DNA of 64,000 bases, from NCBI GenBank assembly GCA_963760485.1, contig CAVXDP010000002.1:2362-66361 (forward strand). Reading direction: 5' to 3'. Below the pieces are notes generated by a model that saw nothing but the letters and a program-made list of their open reading frames with translations, did no database searches and had not been told where the DNA came from. This stretch comes from Candidatus Bathyarchaeota archaeon. GTDB taxonomy: Archaea; Thermoproteota; Bathyarchaeia; 40CM-2-53-6; CAVXDP01. Position 1 is the stretch's first letter. Every line of letters starts with the position of its first letter. Positions 1 to 9,323 of the stretch are shown here, one piece after another. Position numbers and translations under genes: made by a program.

Positions 1-108
1 ACGATGCCCTGAGAGCAGGCTTCCCGAGAACCTATAATCGCTACCCTAGGCCCTGGAAGTGGAATGCTTTTCCCACTAAGAAAAAGCTTGGAAGGAGCGA
101 ATTTCTGT

Positions 109-405
109 TCAATTTCGTTGAGAGGTCTGCCTAGCAATTCTTCTGGAGAGGTAGATATGTAAAGAGGGCGAGCAGCCTTTTCCATTACAGCTCCCTACAC
201 ATAATATTCTTAGAGGTCTTATATGAATTTCAGCGTTTTGGGTTCTGATAGGATCAAGGATGATGCGATAGAACAAAGCCGATACCGTGTATGCTGCGCT
301 CGGTATGAGATAGAGTTTCTGATCAAAATGGCGGCTATCATTACACAGCTCTCTGTACTCATCAACAATCTCCAACCAAACGCCCTCTTTCCTTGATTCC
401 ATCAA
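109..405 (-). CDS. hypothetical protein
   Basis: 98-aa ORF from the track. No family motif recognised. One hydrophobic segment (LIPSAAYTVSALFYRII). Confidence 0.3.
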   Translation of the reverse strand: MMESRKEGVWLEIVDEYRELCNDSRHFDQKLYLIPSAAYTVSALFYRIILDPIRTQNAEIHIRPLRILCVGSCNGKGCSPSLHIYLSRRIARQTSQRN

Positions 406-1283
406 TCAACGTCCATAGTCAAAACTTCTTGGATGGTTTTCTCGCTCATGTCTAGATCACATCATTAATACACAAACATCAGAACCTACATACGTGATCT
501 AGCCGACAATATTCATTTTTGTTCATCCAAGTTCGCCCTATTATTGCTTTGCATTGTCGAGTTATCAGCAACGCCCCTGAGAGCGTAAACCCTGAGATTC
601 TATCAGAACCACCAGAGACAACCATTTTATAGTACCTTACAGTCTGGCCAACAAGAACAGGAATGAGCCAAACAAATCTGGATGTCCAATCTGGCTATCC
701 GAACGAGCAACCCATATCATCCCCCCGCTACCAAATCTCTCTTTGTTCAATGGGGTGATTCTTCCTGTTTTTGTTCTGTTGGTTTCGATTTATCGTGTAT
801 GTTTTTTCGATCTTATTAGATTGATCTTTTGGATTTTGATGGTACGGTTTCTAGTGTTGGGTGATGGCCGTTTGGAGGAGTCTTCTTAGGTACGGTTCTT
901 GCTGAGGAGAAAAATTCCAGATTACAGCCTCCACCGCACCGGATACGGAAGCAAACGTGGAAGTAAGCATGAACGGACAGGGTTAGACCTCACCGGCAAT
1001 TACAGGCCATACATTTGAGAAGAACAGGCTTGGTACAAATTCAGCGTGTGCATGAATCTCCCCCAGGTTACCACGTGGCTTCCCCGAGGCTGTTCGAATA
1101 CGATTTGGAGGTAAGATTCCAGTTGTTTGGCTCGTGTTTCGTAGGCAAACTCAAGGGACTTAATCACCATGTGTCATTGAGGCAAAGAATTCCAATCTTC
1201 TACGTCTCTGGGTTATCTAATCCAGTTTACCCTATATTTATCTGACATGTTTTTCGCCTCGATCTAACGCTTTTGCTCAAGAT

Positions 1284-3572
1284 TCATGTAGATGGTTGAA
1301 ACTGTGGTAGATCCGCTCGTCTGACCCCGTCTTTTTCTGTCGGCAAACCAAATTTGAGAGGTTTCATCTCCCTTTCGATGAGTCTCGCCTCTTTCACGGC
1401 AAGAGCTTCTTCTATCAGTGGTGCTACAAGTATCGAGTCAGACTGTTCAAATCGACTTCTATTCAACTGCAAGAACCGTATGAAAGATTCGAATCCATGA
1501 TTGGTTATCAGGTATTCGATACCATCCAATAGCACAACGCCTCGTCGAACCTTTTCCAAGAAGCCGCCGATCAAGATGGATAGCTCTTGGAGGGAATGTA
1601 CACAGACTTGATTTTCCACTTTCTCTTCTGTCAACCATACGATAGGCGTCTTCTCTAAGCCGTACATTTCTCTAACCTTCGGCGGAAATTCTCGGGTAAT
1701 GCAGAGCCCCTTCAAGCCGCTCAGGACGTTATCCACAAAGATGTCGTAAGCCTCTTCCACACTATTTCTAACCAGGTACGAGCAACCGAATTCCAAGTCA
1801 AATCTCTTCTTGCCAGATGTTGCCATTTCTTTCATGGGAACTATTGTCAGACTTTGTCTCTCGAACAGTGTCGAAATGACTTCAGCGTATAAGCCCATGA
1901 TACTCAGATCGCTCTCGTCCAATGTTCGACTTTCTTGTCCACCAAAGGTTAGGATTCCATATGCTTGTTTTCCCAAATGTATTGGAGCGCAGTGAATGTT
2001 AGAAATCCCTAGAATGGATGGTGGGCTTTGCTCAGTCTTGGATACTATTTTGTCATCTTTCAATGCTACAAATTCAACGAAGTTGGCATTCAGTGGGTAG
2101 CTCTCGTCTACTTTGACTCCTTCTATCTTGCTCTTGAAGGCTCGTAATCTGGCTGTATTCCCTTCAGGATCGATGATCAAGACCGCCCCAACATCTAAGC
2201 CAAGGTTATCTAAACCTGCGTCAAGAACTAGATTCAACCCGGTTGACACATCAGCGACTTTCCTCAATCTTTCCCTGATTTTGGATACGTTGTCTATCTG
2301 GCTTATCTTCTGGACTAGTCGTTGCGTTATGCTTCTATTGAGCATCTTAATCTCTTCAACATGACGTCTGAGTTGTTCATCCATTTGTTTGCGTCCGGTA
2401 ATGTCGCGTGCAACTGCAAAAATCAATTGCTCCTTCTTAAATGGAAATGCGTTCCAAGATACCCACCTGTAAGAACCGTCTTTGCAGAGATAACGGTTAT
2501 CAAAACCGACTACTGTTTCGCCTCTGGACAAGCCTTCGACTGCTTTGATGGTTGCTTCGCGGTCATCGGGATGAACAAGACTTAGGTATGGTCTCGACAT
2601 AAGTTCCTGCCTTGTCCACCCCAAGGTCTTTTCCCAAGCTGGATTCATTTGCTTGAAGTAACCGTCAAAACCACAAATACATTTCATATCAATTGACAAA
2701 TTGAAAAATCGATCACGTTCCTCCTCCACTTTTTTCCGCTTGGTGACATCTCTGGCTATTCCTTGCAGTCCAATGACCTTGCCATCTATGATTTTGGGAG
2801 ATGCGTTAATCTCAACGTAACGCAGCGATCCATCTTTCTTCACTATCTCCAACTGCATCCCTTCGACGCCTTTGCCCGCCGCAATTGCGTCGAAACCTTG
2901 CGCGGCTTTTGCAATCTCCTTCTCAGGCAAGAAACTTTGCAGAGTCTTTCCAATGATGTCATCGGGTTTGTACCCTGTCATCCGCTCCACAGCTGGAGAT
3001 GCATAGGTAAATCGTCCTTCCAAATCTGTCTCGTATATCTCATCGAAGCTATTCTCAGCAATACCTCTAAACCTCTCCTCGCTTTCCTGAAGCTCCCTAG
3101 TTCTCCCTTCAACTGTCTGCTCCAAGTGTTCAGAGTATTTTCTAATCTTCTCGTCCATTCGATTGCGCTCGGTGACGTCAATTATTGATATTGCGCTTTT
3201 TCGTGTTCCCGGAATCATCGCGACCGTTAGTAATACGTCTCTAATGTTACCATGTTTGTCGATTAACTGAGATTCATAGCTTCTCGGAGCGACGTTCAGG
3301 CTGTTTCTTCGCAGGCGATGGTACTTGTTCATTCTTGCTAAATGTTTCTTAACAACGAATTCTGTCCAACTTCTCTTGCCCTCTAGCTCCTTCTTTGAAT
3401 AGCCAAAAATCCTCTGTGATTCTGTGTTTACCATAGATATTGTAGTGTCTTCGTCTACAATCATCATCGCAGTTCCCGTATTTTCAAAAATGGCTTTGTA
3501 CTTTGCATCCGATTCGCTTAGACTATTCTCCTTCTGTCTACGAGTTTCTAACATCATTTTTATCTCCCACAC
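1284..3572 (-). CDS. multi-PAS / GAF-like / DUF835 sensory protein without a recognisable output domain
   Basis: 762 aa. Three PAS-like repeats (KYKAIFENTGTAMMIVDED.., RFRGIAENSFDEIYETD.., FFNLSIDMKCICGFDGYF..ARDITGRK), a GAF-like middle region, and a C-terminal DUF835-like block (GLCITREFPPKVREMYGL..PIVWLT..VVLLDGIEYLI). Confidence 0.8.
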   Translation of the reverse strand: MWEIKMMLETRRQKENSLSESDAKYKAIFENTGTAMMIVDEDTTISMVNTESQRIFGYSKKELEGKRSWTEFVVKKHLARMNKYHRLRRNSLNVAPRSYESQLIDKHGNIRDVLLTVAMIPGTRKSAISIIDVTERNRMDEKIRKYSEHLEQTVEGRTRELQESEERFRGIAENSFDEIYETDLEGRFTYASPAVERMTGYKPDDIIGKTLQSFLPEKEIAKAAQGFDAIAAGKGVEGMQLEIVKKDGSLRYVEINASPKIIDGKVIGLQGIARDVTKRKKVEEERDRFFNLSIDMKCICGFDGYFKQMNPAWEKTLGWTRQELMSRPYLSLVHPDDREATIKAVEGLSRGETVVGFDNRYLCKDGSYRWVSWNAFPFKKEQLIFAVARDITGRKQMDEQLRRHVEEIKMLNRSITQRLVQKISQIDNVSKIRERLRKVADVSTGLNLVLDAGLDNLGLDVGAVLIIDPEGNTARLRAFKSKIEGVKVDESYPLNANFVEFVALKDDKIVSKTEQSPPSILGISNIHCAPIHLGKQAYGILTFGGQESRTLDESDLSIMGLYAEVISTLFERQSLTIVPMKEMATSGKKRFDLEFGCSYLVRNSVEEAYDIFVDNVLSGLKGLCITREFPPKVREMYGLEKTPIVWLTEEKVENQVCVHSLQELSILIGGFLEKVRRGVVLLDGIEYLITNHGFESFIRFLQLNRSRFEQSDSILVAPLIEEALAVKEARLIEREMKPLKFGLPTEKDGVRRADLPQFQPST

Positions 3573-4194
3573 CTTCTACAAAGTGGTGATTCTTGACTGA
3601 AGTCAATTCGAATGGTTTTGACAGTGAAGTGTTGATTGAGACAAGCGACTTTGTTTCGATAACGCCATCAATGCTCGACAGTATTTCCAAGACTGTATCG
3701 AGCTTATCCTGTTCAACAATCAGTACAACATCCATGTCTCCAGTAACTCTGAAGATCTCAATGGCAGGCACTGCCTCAATCTTCCTAATAGTTTCTGAGC
3801 GTTTCTGAGGTAGAATTCGCAAGGTTACAATTACAGGATCTTTGTGATAACCAATGGCCCTTAGGCCATCTTCGGTTACGTTTATGAAACCTCGTCCTAT
3901 TTGAACGAAGCCAGATTCTCGAAGCTTCTTGAAATGTAAGCTTAGGGCTTGGCGACTTATCTGTAGCTTTTGAGCAAGGTCGACTTCTCCCATTTGGACA
4001 GCGTAAAAGGTTTTACGATTGCCGATGTCTCGCAGCAACTCCAATATCTGGAGAGACCTTGTAACTGAGAATTTTGCCAATCCATGTGATACGTTCGCGT
4101 TTCGTTGCTTGTCAAGCAAAACCTCTATATTGTAAATCTCAGTTTTGGCTTTGGCTACGGAACACTCCATGGAAGTCAAGGTAATCAGTATCAT
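3538..4194 (-). CDS. HTH transcriptional regulator with Lrp/AsnC-type C-terminal domain
   Basis: 218 aa. HTH-like segment (AQKLQISRQALSLHFKKLRESGFVQ). C-terminal AsnC-type fold signature (IEIFRVTGDMDVVLIVE..IDGVIETKSLV). Overlaps the start of the PAS gene. Confidence 0.7.
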   Translation of the reverse strand: MILITLTSMECSVAKAKTEIYNIEVLLDKQRNANVSHGLAKFSVTRSLQILELLRDIGNRKTFYAVQMGEVDLAQKLQISRQALSLHFKKLRESGFVQIGRGFINVTEDGLRAIGYHKDPVIVTLRILPQKRSETIRKIEAVPAIEIFRVTGDMDVVLIVEQDKLDTVLEILSSIDGVIETKSLVSINTSLSKPFELTSVKNHHFVEGVGDKNDVRNS

Positions 4195-4454
4195 AATTCA
4201 TGAGAATTGATAAGAACACGCCGTTACTCTGAATGCTCAACATCGGTGACGACACACCGCGATCATAACAACAATGTCCATACACCTAGAACGAAAGGCT
4301 TGGCAAGGTTGGAGGCAGCCCACGGGTCGTTATTTCAAAGGAAGGAGTGGACTAGCTGGGACTCAAAGCTGGCAACATCCGTTTAAATAGCCTTTTAAGA
4401 ATCGCCGAATGAATCAACGATGGTTGCTTTGAGCCATCAATTTCGGCCTAGAGG

Positions 4455-4808
4455 TTGGGGAGGATGAGTAATCGTGGTCGAAAGGAAGTGGCTGGAGAAG
4501 GCTTCAGCGCAGTGATGTTGGAAGCCATTGATGAGGGGCTTCTCGCGCTCGGCGATAGAGATGTAATCTATTCCTACGTTGAGAGAAAGTCTCAGATCAG
4601 GCGTGAGGAAATACCTGAGAACCTAGAATCTTTTAATAGAGCCTTAAGTGGCTTATTCGGCCCTGCAGTGGAGACAATTGAGAACATTATCACAACGAGA
4701 CTCTATGAGAGACTTGGATTGAACTTCACAAAACATGAAAACTGGACACTAATCGACCACGCCGCTTACGCCAAGAAACTGTGTGAGCAACTGAAGGAGG
4801 ATGTTTGA
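4455..4808 (+). CDS. hypothetical protein
   Basis: 117-aa ORF with protein-like composition. TATA-like TTTAAATA lies about 70 nt upstream. No family recognised. Confidence 0.45.
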   Translation: MGRMSNRGRKEVAGEGFSAVMLEAIDEGLLALGDRDVIYSYVERKSQIRREEIPENLESFNRALSGLFGPAVETIENIITTRLYERLGLNFTKHENWTLIDHAAYAKKLCEQLKEDV

Positions 4809-4907
4809 TGTGAACACGGCGCGTGAACGAATGAGTAGATTGCTTTCATCCGATCGCTTACAACATGTTAACAAAGACTTTCGTCATTCTTAGAATATGT
4901 GGAATGA

Positions 4908-5691
4908 TTGATATTGAATCTCGGGGGGAAGGTTATCCAACTTCGTTACCTGATCGCTGTTGTATTATCGATCGTTTTCGCTATCTTCTACTTAGTTGCA
5001 GGTTCTTGGGGCGAGTTGCTAACTGTTTCCACGGATATACTCTTTGTACTCGTCTCGGCAGCCTGCGCAATACTTAGCTTCCTAGTACTGAAGAAGTGGG
5101 GAGCTAGAGGCAAGTTGGGAGCCACGCATCTAGGTCTGTTTCTTGCGATATTTCTATGGTTTCTAGGCGAAGCGTCATGGACGATATTTGAGGTAGTTAT
5201 GAATACCCCTATACCCTATCCCTCTTTTGCGGACGTGTTCTACTTGGCAGGGTATCTACCTCTGGTCGCCGGGACCTTCAGACTTGTCTGGGGGTTCAAG
5301 GATCAGATAAATCGTCAACGGGTTCTCATCTCAACCTTTTTAGGAATTATTGTTGTTGGCATAACAGGTGTCTTTCTATTTGGTCCGTTGCTCACGGAAT
5401 CTACAAACTTGTTGGCGTTGATCTTTGATTTTGCATATCCGATTTTGGATGTGATCGTTCTACTCATGTGCCTCTTCTTGGTGTTGAATAACCCTTTCGG
5501 GAAAAGCGTAATGGGTGAGTCTTGGTTCTGGATCTCTATCGGCATTGGACTATATACTGCTGCTGGACATCCTCTTTAGTTATGGAACACTAGCAGGTTG
5601 GTATTACTCTGGTCATCCGATCGAGCTTCTCTGGCTCTGGGCTTACGTGTGCTTGGGTCTTGGCTTTCAAACTCAGAGGAGTAAACTATGA
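4908..5691 (+). CDS. polytopic membrane protein, apparently frameshifted near 5565
   Basis: The 223-aa ORF contains multiple hydrophobic helices. A further hydrophobic segment (DILFSYGTLAGWYYSGHPIELLWLWAYVCLGLGF) continues in the +1 frame to TGA at 5689-5691. Confidence 0.5.
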
Positions 5692-6253
5692 CCATTCTCG
5701 AAAGCGTCGTCTTTGCCAAGTAAGTAACGAAAGACCGGCCGATCCGTCTTAGACGGTTTAACTCGCTTAGCTGATTTGAGAACTTCCCATCGCCATGCAA
5801 CTCGAAAAGCATGTTCTCCACAGTCTCTGCTGAAAATCCACGCAATGTCACGTAAGCTTTGATCTCTGCAAGTGTATGCAACCGTCCATCACCGATACAT
5901 TCGAGGATAACACTCGTGCAGGTATGTGTGTGAGAGAGATACTTCTTACCGCGGCCACCATCCTTCCGCAAACCTGAGAAAACTACTCCACCATAAACCC
6001 GCTTCTCCTCACCATCCAAACGGATAATGTATGGATAATCATGATACGGGTAAACTCTGCCCGCCGTGAACGCACATCTTGAAGAAGAGACTTGACCCCT
6101 CAATAACCTACCACGTCGAAAGAGCGTGTTCACCGCCCAGAACACTCTACTCACTTCAACGCCAAGCTCAGCAGCAACCTCACCAACCCTATGCGACAAA
6201 CCATCCCTGTAAAATGCTATTACGCGTCTACGAAGAGCCACATCCGACACCAA
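5576..6253 (-). CDS. hypothetical protein, possible winged-helix domains
   Basis: 225-aa Arg-rich ORF directly beside tRNA-Gly. HTH-like N-terminus (RVGEVAAELGVEVSRVFWAVNTLFRRGRL). The 3' end overlaps the extended membrane-protein frame. Confidence 0.4.
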   Translation of the reverse strand: MVSDVALRRRVIAFYRDGLSHRVGEVAAELGVEVSRVFWAVNTLFRRGRLLRGQVSSSRCAFTAGRVYPYHDYPYIIRLDGEEKRVYGGVVFSGLRKDGGRGKKYLSHTHTCTSVILECIGDGRLHTLAEIKAYVTLRGFSAETVENMLFELHGDGKFSNQLSELNRLRRIGRSFVTYLAKTTLSRMVIVYSSEFESQDPSTRKPRAREARSDDQSNTNLLVFHN

Positions 6254-6418
6254 ACCATTTCCATCGTTCCTTTAAAAAGGCGAAAGCTCGAGAATGAGCC
6301 GAATACTCGGGTGTGAACGTTGAAACGGTCGGAGGGCTCTGTCGAAAAACTGTCGGCAAAGAATACCAACCTATCGACAGAAACGACTTCAAAATGCGCT
6401 TATTCGATTTTGGAAACA

Positions 6419-6551
6419 TGGTGCGACCGCCGGGATTCGAACCCGGGTTATCGGCTATTTCTGATAAGCTTGGGAAGCCGACGTCTTAACCAGGTTGTCC
6501 GAGATTAACCATCGTCTAATCCTCTGTTTAACCTCTCTGGACAACGGCCAC
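6419..6551 (-). tRNA. tRNA-Gly(CCC) with two introns (15/16 and 37/38), CCA encoded
   Basis: Hand-folded. Acceptor GUGGCCG/CGGUCGC. D arm GUCC..AGAC. Anticodon arm UCGGC-UUCCCAA-GCCGA. T arm CCGGG-UUCGAAU-CCCGG. Discriminator A followed by CCA. A 42-nt intron (6536..6495) has a 3-4-3 BHB; a 14-nt intron (6470..6457) sits at the canonical position. Confidence 0.7.
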
Positions 6552-7175
6552 ACAGCGAAAGATACCGCCCTAGACGCTTTAAGACTTTACATGGGAATGA
6601 ATTATTTTATCTTCATCGGCAGTCACGAATAGCGGTGTGCCCTTGTTTAGTTTGGTCTTTTCAGCTAGAGCTTCTGGAATTGTAACGTCATATTGTTCTC
6701 AGAATGGATAGAGAAATTCACAGGGCAAGCTCTAGACAAGATCAAGGAATTCATCCCCTGATGTTGTGATCGTCTTTGATTACAGTGCTACTAAGTATGT
6801 GGCAAAGAAATTCGATGACCAGACACTTGCGTTCGTCTTCTGTGACGTCAACCGGAAACCCGAAGAGTACGGACTGCCGGTCAGTAACATCAGTTAAGTG
6901 ATTGAAATTCCATCACAACGTAGAAAGCATGAATCTGCTGAAACGTATTGTACCCAGAGTAAGAAAGGCTGCAATGGTTATGGACGACGGTGCCACTTCA
7001 AGGCTTTCTCGAATACATGAAAGAGGCGTCGCAATACGTTGCAATGGATTATTGCCTAAGAACTCGATCTTCTGGAGCCCACAATACAATGCTCCAGAAA
7101 CTTGGCCTCTTTCTGATGGAAGAAGGCTAGGACAACCCAGAGCTTCTGCCGATTGATGACTATTACCATCATTGG

Positions 7176-7556
7176 CTAGTTCTGCTTTGCGCCACACTCA
7201 CTACAGAATTCGAGGTCTGGAGATATCATCGCATAGCATTTCTGGCAGAAATAGTCTGAAGGTTCTGAAGACTTTACCCTGACTTCTGTCTTCTGAGGCT
7301 TCGGAACTGAGACTGTCGGAGGTGGGGCTTGTGATTTTTGCTGACGTTTGGATTGCACGACGCCATAGATAACTAACGCTGCCGCCATGGCTCCAAAGAT
7401 GATGCCAAGGATGATGATGATTGGATTTGTAGTCAAATCTATGCAATCTCCGGCTCTACCAAGAACATCCTTGTGCATATTATGTTTTTGGAAGGGTTCG
7501 TCAAAGAATGATTTATGATGCGTAATGTTAATCTCTGGCTTACTGGGTTGGGTCAT
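7176..7556 (-). CDS. single-pass membrane protein with C-terminal zinc ribbon
   Basis: TM segment IIIILGIIFGAMAAALVIYGVV. CxxC..CxxC pattern (CQKCYAMISPDLEFCSECG). Confidence 0.5.
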   Translation of the reverse strand: MTQPSKPEINITHHKSFFDEPFQKHNMHKDVLGRAGDCIDLTTNPIIIILGIIFGAMAAALVIYGVVQSKRQQKSQAPPPTVSVPKPQKTEVRVKSSEPSDYFCQKCYAMISPDLEFCSECGAKQN

Positions 7557-7565
7557 GTGGAAAAC

Positions 7566-7841
7566 ATGCCATACATAAGACCTGATGAGAGGCCAAAGTA
7601 CGATAGCCTAATTCGCCAAGTTGCAGGTGTTTTCGCTGATGTGCCACCTGAAAAGATGGACGGTCATCTTAACTACTTCATCACAAGACTTCTTGTAACG
7701 CTTTACAAGCCAAGCTACTTCGATTACAACAGGGCGCAGGGTCTTCTAGAATGCATCAAACAAGAGTTCTACAGAAGACAAGTAGTACCCTACGAGGACA
7801 AGAAAATGCGGCAGAATGGCGACGTCTACCACAATACATAG
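7566..7841 (+). CDS. conserved hypothetical protein
   Basis: The ORF track gives 7515..7841. The internal Met (MPYIRPDERPKYD..) is preferred because it avoids overlap with the divergent gene. No function recognised. Confidence 0.45.
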   Translation: MPYIRPDERPKYDSLIRQVAGVFADVPPEKMDGHLNYFITRLLVTLYKPSYFDYNRAQGLLECIKQEFYRRQVVPYEDKKMRQNGDVYHNT

Positions 7842-8027
7842 ATCATGTTCGCTAGAGTCATGCCAACTGGTCGAAACTAGACGGCCTCTTGCCATCGAAT
7901 TAGTTACATAATTGTCAGTATTCTGTGATAGGAACACAAGGGAGACGGCATAGTTCACGACGCAAACCATTTATTGCTGATCTGTAATCGTTACGGACCA
8001 AGCTATCAAGATGGAGGTGCTCTATGA

Positions 8028-8222
8028 ATGGTCAAAGTCGTTGTCGACCCTAAGAAATGCAACGGAGACGGAGTCTGCGTAGGCGTTTGTCCAGTATCTG
8101 TCTTTGAAATGCAGGATGTCTCGGGAGAACAAAAGTCAGTGGTTGTCAATAATGACGCTTGCATTGTCTGCCGAGCCTGTGAGGCACAATGTCCGACACA
8201 AGCGATAACAGTCACAGACTGA
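8028..8222 (+). CDS. small ferredoxin (CxxDxxCxxxCP plus CxxCxxCxxxCP)
   Basis: 64 aa. Motifs CNGDGVCVGVCP and CIVCRACEAQCP. GGAGGTG lies about 10 nt upstream of the ATG. Confidence 0.85.
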   Translation: MVKVVVDPKKCNGDGVCVGVCPVSVFEMQDVSGEQKSVVVNNDACIVCRACEAQCPTQAITVTD

Positions 8223-8296
8223 CACTCTCGCAGATTTGCAGACTCTTTTCCCAGATTTTTCGCTGCTTGTTTTCTTTTTATAAAGCATATGCTTAA

Positions 8297-8707
8297 ATGG
8301 CTGGTTCAAAATTCAGAGCTTGTTCTGAATCCTTTTTGGGGGTACAGAAGTTCTTGGACAAGGATCAAGTTTTAGAAGTTCTGAAGAAGGTATACGACCC
8401 AGAATATCCGATGCCTATCACTGATCTCAAGATTGTTGAAAAAGAGGACATCACCATCACCGATGATTCAATGAAAGTGGAGTTCAAGCCCACCGCACCA
8501 TATTGCCCTATGGGCGGCATCATTGGAATCATAATAAAATATGCCTTGGAGAAGAAGTTCGGAAAGAATGTTGACGTGAAGGTGAAGAGCGGAACCCACG
8601 CCCAAGAGTCTATGCTCAATCAGCTATTCTCAGACAGAAAGAAGTACGAAGATACTCTTGAACGCCTAAAGCAATCAGGAATGTTAGAAAAGTGCGTAGC
8701 CGAATAG
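8297..8707 (+). CDS. DUF59/MIP18-family Fe-S assembly-related protein
   Basis: VLEVLKKVYDPEYPMPITDLKIV and PTAPYCPMGG are typical of the DUF59 (SufT/PaaD-like) fold. Confidence 0.7.
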   Translation: MAGSKFRACSESFLGVQKFLDKDQVLEVLKKVYDPEYPMPITDLKIVEKEDITITDDSMKVEFKPTAPYCPMGGIIGIIIKYALEKKFGKNVDVKVKSGTHAQESMLNQLFSDRKKYEDTLERLKQSGMLEKCVAE

Positions 8708-8849
8708 ATCGAACCTAACGCATTTGTCATATAATAACTCTCGCAATCTTGAGCTCTGGGGCCCCACTCCGAACTCCAGTTTAGAGTTTTCGCGTAGGAC
8801 ATAAATACCCCCTGTAGGTGATACAGGGCAACTCTGGAGAAATAGTCTA

Positions 8850-9323
8850 TTGGCCGAGGTTTCGCAACAAAAGATCTTGGTCTTTGACAAACGCGTTTGC
8901 ACAGGCTGTAGACTCTGTGAACTTGCCTGTTCTTTCGTGAAATTCAGCAATGTCTGCAGCTATGAAAGGACGAATATCAGGCACGTCATAGAGTTCGAGC
9001 GAGGCGAGATAGAATGTCAATACTGCCAACACTGTGAGGATCCATTATGTATAGCATCTTGCCCAGTTGACGCCATCCATAAGGATGAAAAGACAGGCAT
9101 TGTGAAGATCAACACTCTCGAATGCATCGGTTGTCAAACATGCAACATGGTATGCCCAACACACATACCGAAGTTCTACGCAGACCTCAAGATCTCCACT
9201 AAATGCGACCTCTGCAATGGTGACCCAGAATGTGTCAAGTATTGTTCACCCTGGGCAATATCCTACGTAACCAGAGAAGAAGCCGATAAGATTTTGAAAG
9301 AAGTCTATGATGAGAGGCAATAG
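8850..9323 (+). CDS. polyferredoxin with four [4Fe-4S] motifs (HycB/DmsB-like)
   Basis: Motifs CTGCRLCELAC, CQHCEDPLCIASCP, CIGCQTCNMVCP and CDLCNGDPECVKYC. Confidence 0.85.
   Translation: MAEVSQQKILVFDKRVCTGCRLCELACSFVKFSNVCSYERTNIRHVIEFERGEIECQYCQHCEDPLCIASCPVDAIHKDEKTGIVKINTLECIGCQTCNMVCPTHIPKFYADLKISTKCDLCNGDPECVKYCSPWAISYVTREEADKILKEVYDERQ

Noticed and set aside
860-1100. SRP RNA or RNase P RNA in the first intergenic gap.
   Set aside because: I did not find the helix-8 GGAA/AGCAGC-type SRP motifs or the RNase P CR-I/CR-V motifs. Only generic complementarity was seen.
8275-8284. TTTTTATAAA as the TATA box for the DUF59 gene.
   Set aside because: It ends only 13 nt before the annotated ATG, so a transcript starting about 25 nt downstream would begin inside the ORF. 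Either the start codon or the promoter assignment is wrong, so it is not reported as a feature.
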